This document shows positions 9,238 through 17,129 of a stretch of 18,562 bases of DNA, piece by piece (positions within the stretch are counted from its first letter, which is position 1; the number at the start of each line of letters is the position of its first letter). Under the pieces are notes generated by a model, which did not search any database, was not told where the DNA came from, and saw only the letters and a list, made by a program, of their open reading frames with translations. Source of the DNA: a virus (lineage: Duplodnaviria; Heunggongvirae; Uroviricota; Caudoviricetes); the IMG/VR virus record IMGVR_UViG_3300030021_000030, positions 1 through 18,562 of that record; one strand, 5' to 3'. The translations under genes and the position numbers were made by a program.

Positions 9238-10410
9238 TTACGCGCTGACCTGGCTGGCGAAATTCACCAGGTACTGATCGGTGATGCGCTGACGCAGCAT
9301 CAGGTTTTCAAGTGGCGGCACTGGCGTGTAGTCGTAGTCGATGGTGAGTTTTCCGGCTTTCAGCGTGTCTTTGTCGTTCACCGACTCATCCAGCCAGCAA
9401 TCACCACCAATGAGATAGCCCTGACTGACCAGGCTGCGCATTTTGGCGCGGATACCTTCGATAATGTCGCGGGCCAGCGACGGGTTAAGCGGTTTATCCA
9501 CCGCCCACATGTGTGCTTCTGCCATCGTGTCCATCAGCACCTGCGCCGTGCGGGTGTAGTTTTCGAAGGCAAAGAGCGGGTCATCACTCAGACAGCGGGA
9601 ACCCCAGAAGCGGAAACCGTCTTTACGCACAAGCGTAGTGACGTCGTTCTGGTTCAGCAGACCTGCATCGGTTGCCGGGTCCTGCAGATCCCAGAACACA
9701 TCTGCAGAAATTCCGGTGACACCGTTCACGCCCACGTTGGACAGGCTTTTGTGCCATCCGGTCTGCTCGTCAATTTTGGCGCGCAGACCAAGCGCACGGG
9801 CGGTGGCATATGCCGTTGCTTCGGCATTCAGCACCGTGTCCCAGCCAGTAAAGTCAGGCCAGATCAGCATCCCTTCGCGCTGGCTGAAGTTTTCGCGGTA
9901 AGTGATCGCCTCCTGCACTGTCTTGCAGCCATACGCTGACAGGTAAGCAAATCCACGCAGGCTTTGCGCCACGCTCAGCAACTCAGTAGCTACCGCCTTG
10001 GTGTCGTGGCCTGGCACGCCGAGAATGCGCGGTTTAACGCCGAGCTGTGACTGGGCAGATAACAGGGCTTTCATACCTGTTTTTTTACCTTCAGCAGTCA
10101 CTGCGCCGATGATATTGGTCGTGGTTTCGTCTTCCGTTTCACCCTGCGGCACACGCACAACAATGGTCACGGGTTTTGCCTGGTCAGCGATGGCATCCAG
10201 CGAACGGGCCAGAGTACCTGACTCACCCGCTTTACCGCTGGCAGTCAGCACATCAGTGATCAGCACGGGTTTATTAAGAGGAAACATTTTTGCATCGGCA
10301 TCATCGCCCGTGCAGACCATACCCACGATGGCGGTGCTCACCGTGGTAATAGATCGGGTGCCTTCGTTGACTTCAACAACGCGCACCCCGTGGTGGTAAT
10401 CCTGAGCCAT
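9238..10410 (-). CDS. FI: Contractile tail sheath protein (gpFI-like)
   Basis: 390-aa ORF ([19 protein letters not shown]...[11 protein letters not shown]...[20 protein letters not shown]) closely resembling P2 FI along its whole length. Confidence 0.9.
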   Translation of the reverse strand: MAQDYHHGVRVVEVNEGTRSITTVSTAIVGMVCTGDDADAKMFPLNKPVLITDVLTASGKAGESGTLARSLDAIADQAKPVTIVVRVPQGETEDETTTNIIGAVTAEGKKTGMKALLSAQSQLGVKPRILGVPGHDTKAVATELLSVAQSLRGFAYLSAYGCKTVQEAITYRENFSQREGMLIWPDFTGWDTVLNAEATAYATARALGLRAKIDEQTGWHKSLSNVGVNGVTGISADVFWDLQDPATDAGLLNQNDVTTLVRKDGFRFWGSRCLSDDPLFAFENYTRTAQVLMDTMAEAHMWAVDKPLNPSLARDIIEGIRAKMRSLVSQGYLIGGDCWLDESVNDKDTLKAGKLTIDYDYTPVPPLENLMLRQRITDQYLVNFASQVSA

Positions 10411-10486
10411 AGTGGCGAACCTCCTGATTGGATTAGGCTTCGCCCTATGTTGAAGTGATTGTGCCTGACAAACAGCTAAGCGCAGT

Positions 10487-10504
10487 TGTGTCGTTATTCA
10501 CACA
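10487..10504 (-). promoter_or_regulatory. Candidate Ogr-dependent late promoter activator site (TGT-N12-ACA) upstream of FI
   Basis: TGTgtcgttattcacACA dyad in the 142-bp gap between the invertase stop and the FI start. P2/P4 late promoters carry TGT-N12-ACA centred near -55. Confidence 0.4.
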
Positions 10505-10552
10505 AAATGACGGTATTTGTCTACTTGCAGGGATAATCAAAATAATGCTGAT

Positions 10553-11119
10553 TCAGGGGGATTCATTGCTCTTATTTGCCGGAAATTTTCTATAAATGGT
10601 AGAAACGCCTACATCAAAAATCAGTGCAATACGCTGTCTTGATTCTCCGGCCTCGAGTAAACGCCCAATCTGTGCCCACTGTTCGGTGGTCAACTTAGGA
10701 CGGCGTCCACCTACTCTGCCTTTGGCACGAGCTGCAGCCAGCCCTGCCATGGTACGTTCAACTATCAGTTCGCGTTCCATTTCAGCCATGGCACCCATGA
10801 CATGAAAAAAGAAACGGCCCATTGGGGTGCTGGTATCAATACTGTCAGTCAGACTTCGGAAATTCACGCCACGCTGACGCAACTCTTCTATCAGCGTAAC
10901 AAGATGCCGCATACTGCGCCCCAACCTGTCCAGCTTCCAGACAACCAGAGTGTCTCCTGCCGATAGTGTCCTGAGCAGTTTTTTAAGCCCCGGTCTGTCG
11001 GACTTAGTGCCACTGATTTTATCCTCAAAAATCCGCTCACATCCCGCGCAGTTCAGTGCATTACGTTGCAAATCGGTGTTCTGGTCATTTGTTGACACGC
11101 GTACATAGCCAATAAGCAT
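10553..11119 (-). CDS. Serine recombinase, DNA invertase of the Gin/Hin/Pin/Cin family
   Basis: Translation from the internal Met: MLIGYVRVSTNDQNTDLQ...VVWKLDRLGRSM...FFFHVMGAMAEMERELIVERT...C-terminal HTH. The catalytic Ser is in the YVRVSTNDQ motif. GGGA Shine-Dalgarno lies upstream of the ATG at 11119. Confidence 0.85.
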   Translation of the reverse strand: MLIGYVRVSTNDQNTDLQRNALNCAGCERIFEDKISGTKSDRPGLKKLLRTLSAGDTLVVWKLDRLGRSMRHLVTLIEELRQRGVNFRSLTDSIDTSTPMGRFFFHVMGAMAEMERELIVERTMAGLAAARAKGRVGGRRPKLTTEQWAQIGRLLEAGESRQRIALIFDVGVSTIYRKFPANKSNESP

Positions 11120-11174
11120 GATCAATCCCCTGAATAAAAACCGTGGATGATGCCAGTTAGCCATTATCTCTGCA

Positions 11175-11200
11175 TTTTCATAAACGTTGGTTTGGGAGAA
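11175..11200. repeat. gix/hix-like 26-bp invertase crossover site (invertase-proximal)
   Basis: TTTTCATAAACGTTGGTTTGGGAGAA fits the Hin/Gin site consensus TTnTCnnAAACCnnGGTTTnnGAnAA and is 20/26 identical to the reverse complement of the site at 12275-12300. Confidence 0.6.
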
Positions 11201-11545
11201 GCGGCGAAAAGGGGTGTGGGCACAGGAGATAATCAGATACCGGATATGGGAGCATTCGCTTCTGGTTCGGGATGGTTCAGGCTACCAGGTGGATATATTG
11301 TTCAGTTTGGCACTTTTGCAGGAAACACGACCCGCTTTATCAGTGGACACTTCCCTATACCATTCCCTAATCAGCCGATGGTTTCAGTCAGTGTTATGTC
11401 TGATGCCGTTCAGTCAGACCCGTCGATTCCTGCCCCGCAGGTTTTGTCTGTAAATTTTGAACATATCAGTAATTCAGCGTGGCGTGTGGCAACCAGTGAT
11501 ATCTCACAGCAATACAGATTCAGTTATATTTCGATAGGACGGTAG
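11201..11545 (+). CDS. Promoterless alternative tail-fibre C-terminal segment (Sv'-like), expressed only after inversion
   Basis: Open frame runs through the gix-like site and encodes ...GWFRLPGGYIVQFGT..., parallel to the current H C-terminus ...GYFELPGGLLLQWGH... There is no plausible independent start; the ORF-track Met at 11147 lies inside the invertase gene region. Confidence 0.6.
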   Translation, partial: AAKRGVGTGDNQIPDMGAFASGSGWFRLPGGYIVQFGTFAGNTTRFISGHFPIPFPNQPMVSVSVMSDAVQSDPSIPAPQVLSVNFEHISNSAWRVATSDISQQYRFSYISIGR

Positions 11546-11547
11546 AA

Positions 11548-11973
11548 ATGCAGAAATATATTTTCAGTGCCGATAAAAATGCGTTTTTCCCTGTGGAGCT
11601 TAAAATCGCTTATCAGGAATCCGGCGAATGGCCCGATGATGGAATCGAAATTGACGACACTGTTGCCGCCGAATTTATGAAGGAAGCACCAGAAGGAAAA
11701 TACAGAGGTGTCATCGACGGAATGCCAGCATGGATTGATATTCCACCACCAACTCATGAGGAACAAATTGCTGCAGCCGAATTGGAAAAGCAGCAATTGA
11801 TTAATCAGGTCAACGAATACATAAACAGTAAGCAGTGGCCTGGCAAATCGGTGCTTGGACGCCTGAAAGATGATGAATTAACGCAGTACAATTTATGGCT
11901 GGATTATCTTGATGCGCTGGAAGCGGTGGACGTATCCAGCGCTCCAGATATTGTTTGGCCCTCCTCAACCTAA
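11548..11973 (+). CDS. Tail fibre assembly chaperone (Tfa/gpG/Mu U family)
   Basis: 141-aa ORF immediately after the Sv' segment (3-nt gap) with the conserved C-terminal Tfa-like region ...QYNLWLDYLDALEAV...; opposite strand to H. Confidence 0.75.
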   Translation: MQKYIFSADKNAFFPVELKIAYQESGEWPDDGIEIDDTVAAEFMKEAPEGKYRGVIDGMPAWIDIPPPTHEEQIAAAELEKQQLINQVNEYINSKQWPGKSVLGRLKDDELTQYNLWLDYLDALEAVDVSSAPDIVWPSST

Positions 11974-12001
11974 ATAAAAAGCCGCTCTACGCGGCTTTCT
12001 C

Positions 12002-13336
12002 TTACATCCCGAGTGCAAAATACGTATAGCTGTCAATATTGTTTACCGTGCCGTTTCCATTCCATCCATAAAGGCTAAAGCTAGTTAAGGTATAATTAGA
12101 TGACGTCACATACCGACCATCAGTTGTGATTTTATGCGGCAGTACAATGAACGGAGTGACGTTAAACGACTTCTTAAACTGTATAATGGCACTTGACGCA
12201 TGAATCGAGCCGTGCCCCCATTGCAGCAGCAATCCTCCCGGTAATTCAAAGTACCCATCAGCCTCCAGTAACCGCTCTCCAAAACCAAGGTATGTGAGAA
12301 GACCAGTTACATCCTTTCCACTCAAATTAGTCAGCGTATTGTCCAGCGGTTGTTTACCTGCCAGTGCATTAAGCATTGTCGTGGCAAAGTTCGGGTCATT
12401 CCCCAGCGCCGCCGCCAGTTCGTTCAGTGTATCCAGTGCCGCAGGTGCAGAACCCACCATTGCCGCAATCGCCGATTTCACAAATGCCGTGGTGGCAATT
12501 TGTGTATTGTTGACCGACTGTGCCGCAGTAGGTGCGGTTGGCGTTCCGGTGAGTGCCGGACTCGACAGCGGCGCTTTCAGTGCCAGCGCATTGTTAATGG
12601 TGGTACTGAATTTCGGATCATTGTTAATGGCTGCGGCTATTTCTTTCAGCGTGTCCAGCGTGGCTGGCGCACCATTAATAAGAGCCGTCAGAGCCGCCTG
12701 AACAAACTCGGTGGTCGCAATCTGCGTGGTGTTATTCCCTGCTGCTGGCGTTGGCGCTTTGGGTGTCCCGGTAAACGTCGGACTTTCTTTGGGTGCATAC
12801 TGTGAATGCGGGTCCGGTGCGGCAAGATGTTTTGCCATCAGGTCATCCACGTACACCTTCAACTCCAGTGCTTTGTCATCCACATACTTGCGGGTTGCCA
12901 GCACTACAGCAGGGTCGATTTTCAGGGTGATATTGTCCGTGCTGCTGGTTATCAGCACCATGCGCACGGTCTGGGTGCGCCCGCTGCCTTCAGCCAGTTG
13001 CGGCTTATAGCTTTCCGGGCAGTTGCCCACGGCAATCAATGCCCCGGACTCATCAAACAGGCCCACTTCACGTATCCACCAACCACCCTCGTTTTCAGGG
13101 ATCACCTGTTCAGCAATAATCTGGCTGCTGTTCTGCGGGTCGATATAAAGCATATTCAGCGCAGCCCGGCGTTTCTCATTTACCAGTGCCGTCTGCTTTG
13201 CGTCCGGCGTTGGCAATACTCCGCCGCCATCGCCCACCGCCATATGAGTAATTTTTAGCGGCACACCGAGCGCGGCGGCGCTGGCAAGTTTCGCCGCGCC
13301 AATATCCGTTAGCAGGGTATAAAATTTTGTGCTCAT
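12002..13336 (-). CDS. H: Tail fibre protein (gpH-like): constant N-terminal part plus the currently fused variable C-terminal tip
   Basis: 444-aa ORF with the conserved P2/Mu/P1 tail-fibre N-terminus (MSTKFYTLLTDIGAAKLASAAALG...) and repeated TQIATTEFV / TQIATTAFV collar motifs. The last ~90 codons lie inside the invertible segment. Confidence 0.9.
   Translation of the reverse strand: MSTKFYTLLTDIGAAKLASAAALGVPLKITHMAVGDGGGVLPTPDAKQTALVNEKRRAALNMLYIDPQNSSQIIAEQVIPENEGGWWIREVGLFDESGALIAVGNCPESYKPQLAEGSGRTQTVRMVLITSSTDNITLKIDPAVVLATRKYVDDKALELKVYVDDLMAKHLAAPDPHSQYAPKESPTFTGTPKAPTPAAGNNTTQIATTEFVQAALTALINGAPATLDTLKEIAAAINNDPKFSTTINNALALKAPLSSPALTGTPTAPTAAQSVNNTQIATTAFVKSAIAAMVGSAPAALDTLNELAAALGNDPNFATTMLNALAGKQPLDNTLTNLSGKDVTGLLTYLGFGERLLEADGYFELPGGLLLQWGHGSIHASSAIIQFKKSFNVTPFIVLPHKITTDGRYVTSSNYTLTSFSLYGWNGNGTVNNIDSYTYFALGM
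12275..12300. repeat. gix/hix-like 26-bp invertase crossover site inside H
   Basis: CTCTCCAAAACCAAGGTATGTGAGAA; its reverse complement TTCTCACATACCTTGGTTTTGGAGAG encodes LTYLGFGE of H and matches the site at 11175-11200 in inverted orientation. Confidence 0.6.
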
Positions 13337-13938
13337 GGATTCACTCTCATTGTGTCAATAACATGGACCGCCCCGCCTTCATGCGCGGTGCCGCCGGAAA
13401 TAATTGTTTCGTTGATATACGGATAGATCGTGATTTCTTCGCCAAGATAGCTGGCGGCTCCCACCCAATGCGGGCCGCTGGTCTGCAGGTTGATGGACAT
13501 GCCGATCATGTGACGGCTACATGGTTTGGCATCGCTTATCAGTCGCTCAAGTTCCAGATAGGTATCTTCAGTGATGCCCTGGTCCTGCACGCCGATATCC
13601 AGACGAAACGTGCCCGGTGTTTCTCCGGTATGCCACCACTCAATAATGCGGATCAGAAAGCCGAACGGTTCCACTACCCGCCGCACTGCACTGGTGGTTC
13701 CTTTATGCTGATGAATATAAAAAGCATCCTTCACCACCTGACGTTTGACGCTTTCAGTCCAGCCCTCATCCCAGCGATCCACAGAGAACGCCCAGGCGAG
13801 ATAAGGCAGGAAGCTGACCGGACAGGTCGCCGGATTCCACAAGTCACGAAGCGGCACCTGCAGATCAGAAATCCCGCTGCAGGTTTGCGCCAGTCGGCGC
13901 TCCAGTGGTGTTGAACCCGGTGGCAGCAGACTATTCAT
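13333..13938 (-). CDS. I: Baseplate protein gpI-like
   Basis: 201-aa ORF in the P2 position between J and H with 4- to 8-nt coupled overlaps. Confidence 0.8.
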   Translation of the reverse strand: MNSLLPPGSTPLERRLAQTCSGISDLQVPLRDLWNPATCPVSFLPYLAWAFSVDRWDEGWTESVKRQVVKDAFYIHQHKGTTSAVRRVVEPFGFLIRIIEWWHTGETPGTFRLDIGVQDQGITEDTYLELERLISDAKPCSRHMIGMSINLQTSGPHWVGAASYLGEEITIYPYINETIISGGTAHEGGAVHVIDTMRVNP

Positions 13939-14839
13939 CCGTTCCTCCGTTGGTTACGCTCCACTGCGTACATGATGCCGCCTGTGTTTTGTTCAGGACC
14001 ACATCCGCCAGAGGAGAAGCCAGCTCCACACGCTGCACACCCTCAACATGCAGGGCGGCAAAGATGGCGCTACGGCGAATATCCCGACCAAGACGCGTCT
14101 GACTGGCGATGTACTTCTGCAGGCTGGCTTTTGCCGCTGCCATTACCGGCTCTGCTTCCGGTCCCGGATAGAGAAAAATGGTGGCTTCCACGCGATACGG
14201 GATGATTTCTGCGCTGCGAACCGTAAGACGGTCAGCCACCGGGCGTACGTTCTCACTGTTCAGAGCTTTTTCCACCACGTCCAGCAGGTCCTTTTCTGCA
14301 GTTCCATCGCCTTCGCGGCTCAGAACAGTCAGCACCACCTCTGCAGGTGCCGGGCTGGTTGCACTGGCATCCGCCACCCGACCGTCGGCGCTTCGGGCAT
14401 GAAATTCATAAGCTGCAGTTGGCCCCGCAACTGAAAGTCCTTCAAAGGCTGCAGGCACACGCAGGCGTAACGCTTCATCACTTTCCATCACAGCCGCAAC
14501 AGGCGGTACAGCGTCATCATCAGCAGGTGTCACCGTCAGGCGTTTCACGTTGTAGTTGGCAGCGAGCTGGTCAAGATCGCTGCCCATCGCGTAAGCCACC
14601 ATCACAGCCTGCGCGGCTTCGTTAATGCGCTGGCGCAGAAGCAACTCACGGTAAGCGTTCTCCTGCAGCAATTTGGTGACGGGTTCAGATTCAAGCTCCA
14701 GCGTACGCATCACTGCTTCCTGCTCATCTTTCGGATGAAGCGCCACAAATTCGGCCTTGCGTTCGGAAAGCAGCGTCTCAAAGTCCGGCACATCCACAAT
14801 CTGCGGCGCAGGTAACTGCGAAAGGTCAATCACTGCCAT
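13931..14839 (-). CDS. J: Baseplate protein gpJ-like (302 aa from the Met at 14839)
   Basis: MAVIDLSQLPAPQIVDV... matches the P2 gpJ N-terminus. The ORF-track start at 14878 is rejected in favour of the conserved Met. Confidence 0.85.
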   Translation of the reverse strand: MAVIDLSQLPAPQIVDVPDFETLLSERKAEFVALHPKDEQEAVMRTLELESEPVTKLLQENAYRELLLRQRINEAAQAVMVAYAMGSDLDQLAANYNVKRLTVTPADDDAVPPVAAVMESDEALRLRVPAAFEGLSVAGPTAAYEFHARSADGRVADASATSPAPAEVVLTVLSREGDGTAEKDLLDVVEKALNSENVRPVADRLTVRSAEIIPYRVEATIFLYPGPEAEPVMAAAKASLQKYIASQTRLGRDIRRSAIFAALHVEGVQRVELASPLADVVLNKTQAASCTQWSVTNGGTDE

Positions 14840-15185
14840 TCTCTGCTCCTGTTGATACGGAAAGGGAAACAGGCACACCGTTATTACGCCGCCCGGTCAG
14901 CTCCACCACCATTGAACCGTCAAAATTGCTGTTGATGGTGATGGAATCCAGCGTCAGCCGTGGCTCCCAGCGACTCAGCGCCACATACACTGCCGACATG
15001 ACCTGCAGGCGTAATGCCGGATTTTGTGGCTGGTCTATCAGTGTCGACAACAGGGAACCATATTCCCGACGGGCAATGCGGCTACCCTGCGGTGTCAGTA
15101 GAATGTCCCGCACCGACTGACGCAGATGGTCAATATCAGTAATGGCTTTACCGCTGGTATTGTTCATCCCGCTATAAAGCGTCAT
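14826..15185 (-). CDS. W: Baseplate wedge protein gpW-like (GPW/gp25 family)
   Basis: 119-aa ORF between V and J, of the size and position of P2 gpW. Confidence 0.85.
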   Translation of the reverse strand: MTLYSGMNNTSGKAITDIDHLRQSVRDILLTPQGSRIARREYGSLLSTLIDQPQNPALRLQVMSAVYVALSRWEPRLTLDSITINSNFDGSMVVELTGRRNNGVPVSLSVSTGAENGSD

Positions 15186-15760
15186 ACCGGACCTCCAGTC
15201 GTGTCGCCGCCTTTCAGGACGCCAGTATGCTGATGCGCATCAACCACGATCCCGTTAGAACTCATCGCTCCGCCACCCTGGGTAACGCCACCATTGATCA
15301 CCACTTCGCTGTTAATGCGCGTGCGGTCAGCCTCCAGTACAAACTCACTGGTTTTCATGGTGATGTTATCAGCGGCCTCAATGACCATTGATTTGATGCC
15401 CCTGACATACCAGCTCCCGGTGGCGGGTTCGTATTCAAACCAGCCACCGTCAGGATGTTCTGTCACGCAGGCGTCCGCCGACGTCGACGGTGGTGCGAAC
15501 TGATTCGAATAGACAGCGGGCAGCGCAAAGGCAGTCTCCAGATTGCCTCCCAGACTCAGCAGCACCACCTGCTCACCTTCCGATGGTTTCCACCATGTGC
15601 GGGCATTACCCGCGCGCAGCGTCAGCCAGCTGATCCAGTTGGTTTCAAGGTCGCCCGTTTTCACCCGGCAAAGCCAATTCTCCCGGTCCACTTCGGTAAC
15701 TACACCTGTGCGGATCAGATTGGTGATAAGGCGCATGATTTCGGTTAATTGTGCGTTCAT
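15182..15760 (-). CDS. V: Baseplate spike/assembly protein gpV-like (193 aa from the Met at 15760)
   Basis: MNAQLTEIMRLITNLIRTGVVTEVD...RTWWKPSEGEQ... closely parallels the P2 gpV N-terminus; the longer ORF-track start at 15826 is unlikely. Confidence 0.85.
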   Translation of the reverse strand: MNAQLTEIMRLITNLIRTGVVTEVDRENWLCRVKTGDLETNWISWLTLRAGNARTWWKPSEGEQVVLLSLGGNLETAFALPAVYSNQFAPPSTSADACVTEHPDGGWFEYEPATGSWYVRGIKSMVIEAADNITMKTSEFVLEADRTRINSEVVINGGVTQGGGAMSSNGIVVDAHQHTGVLKGGDTTGGPV

Positions 15761-15806
15761 ACCGTATATATTAAACATTTGAAATAATATCTTCCAAACG
15801 GCATAA

Positions 15807-15837
15807 TTGTACTGAGGATGACACAAATGATTATAAA
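15807..15837 (+). promoter_or_regulatory. Candidate sigma70 promoter for the ATPase/TOPRIM cassette, in the divergent V/cassette intergenic region
   Basis: TTGTAC (15807-15812), then TG-n-TTATAAA extended -10-like element (15828-15837); AAGGA Shine-Dalgarno at 15861-15865, 7 nt before the ATG at 15873. Confidence 0.3.
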
Positions 15838-15872
15838 TTTAAGTAGCTCAACTAATAATAAAGGATACATAG

Positions 15873-17129
15873 ATGTATAAAATTCAAAGCGTCACAATTA
15901 ATGGCTTTTGGCAGCGATTAAACTGTTCCTGCTCATTTAATGATGATGTAAATATTATTATAGGCCGAAATGGCACGGGTAAAACAACCTTTATGAACCT
16001 TCTGCACTCAATATTATCCCTTGATTTGGACAGTATTAACAATGCTGATTTCAATAGTGCCGAAATAAAACTTAAAGATAAAAAAAAGACAAAAACAATC
16101 AAAGTCAAAAAACTTGAAAGCGATACATCTCCATTTTCCAAAATAGAATATCAGCTTTCATCTAAAAAACACACAATTCGTTTATTTAACACTGATGATA
16201 GAAGAATATCTCTTAGTTATAGACGTAGAGTGCATGATGAAACAGAAGAACTAAGAACAGAACTAGCAAAACTAGTCTCGCTTTCTTCTTTATCTGTTTA
16301 CAGATTAAGAAATAGTGATGATTTTGAAGTTAAAGATAAATATGGCTCTCGTTTTATCAACCCTGTTGACTATAAGTTATCAGAATTAATACAGGAACTT
16401 ACAAAATATCAACTTGAACTATCCCAGAAAGCCAGAGATATCGCATTAGAACTGCAAAAAGAGGTTCTGGCATCAATACTTTATAGCAAGGAAGATATGG
16501 AGAATCCTGCTTACAACATTAACTTTAACAAAGAGGAAGAAAAACAAAACCTCCTTAATGCATACACACAGTTAAATGCTATTGATCAAAACATTCGTAA
16601 AAAAATCAGCTTTCATGTTGAAACAATTAATAATACCATTTCGGAATTAAAGAATAAAAGTGAAAGTGGCTTTGATATTCGTTCGATCGAAGCATTGAGA
16701 AAAACACAAAAAATAATCAAAATGTCATTAACTTCAAAAGAGAAAACATCAAAAATATTTTCTCCAATAGAACAATTCTTAAGCATACTAAGAAATTTTA
16801 TCACCGATAAAGAATTTCATTTTCAATCGGGATTGTTAGTCATAAATAACACCTATGGGCCAATAGTTTTAGAAAGTTTATCTTCTGGTGAAAAACAACT
16901 GCTAATTTTATTCATTGAGACCCTCTTACAAAGAGGGCAACAATATATTTTCCTAACTGATGAGCCTGAGCTTTCCTTACATATTCAATGGCAAAGAAAT
17001 ATTATCCCTGCCATAAAAAAATTAAATCCTAATGCACAAATTATTGCTGCAACCCATTCTCCTGAAGTTGCATCTAAATATAAAAACGCCATTTTCAATA
17101 TGGAGAGATTAGTCAATGCTAATCAATGA
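15873..17129 (+). CDS. ABC/SMC-like ATPase (AAA_15/AAA_21-type), 418 aa; candidate AriA-like component of a PARIS-type defence system
   Basis: Walker A GRNGTGKTT (aa 31-39), ABC signature LSSGEKQ (aa 336-342), Walker B YIFLTDEPE (aa 358-366), H-loop AATHS (aa 392-396). A Lys/Glu-rich, probably coiled-coil insertion separates Walker A from the signature. The region is strongly AT-rich relative to the flanking phage. Confidence 0.8.
   Translation: MYKIQSVTINGFWQRLNCSCSFNDDVNIIIGRNGTGKTTFMNLLHSILSLDLDSINNADFNSAEIKLKDKKKTKTIKVKKLESDTSPFSKIEYQLSSKKHTIRLFNTDDRRISLSYRRRVHDETEELRTELAKLVSLSSLSVYRLRNSDDFEVKDKYGSRFINPVDYKLSELIQELTKYQLELSQKARDIALELQKEVLASILYSKEDMENPAYNINFNKEEEKQNLLNAYTQLNAIDQNIRKKISFHVETINNTISELKNKSESGFDIRSIEALRKTQKIIKMSLTSKEKTSKIFSPIEQFLSILRNFITDKEFHFQSGLLVINNTYGPIVLESLSSGEKQLLILFIETLLQRGQQYIFLTDEPELSLHIQWQRNIIPAIKKLNPNAQIIAATHSPEVASKYKNAIFNMERLVNANQ

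Noticed and set aside
11147-11200. Met at 11147 as the start of an independent 132-aa gene
   Set aside because: That Met lies within the invertase 5' region and upstream of the gix-like site. The frame is better explained as a promoterless alternative fibre C-terminus read through the crossover site after inversion.
12294-13258. Several plus-strand ORFs (135, 151, 99 and 150 aa)
   Set aside because: All antisense to the tail-fibre gene H; Cys/Arg-rich or Ala/Ser-rich translations consistent with chance frames.
16080-16087. A8 homopolymer tracts in the cassette (also 17254-17261) as possible phase-variation switches
   Set aside because: A/T runs of this length are expected by composition in an island this AT-rich. 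There is no evidence of a frameshifted alternative ORF, so treating them as contingency loci would be speculation.
15884-16141. 85-aa minus-strand ORF inside the ATPase gene
   Set aside because: Antisense to the ATPase N-terminus that contains the Walker A motif; an AT-rich chance frame.
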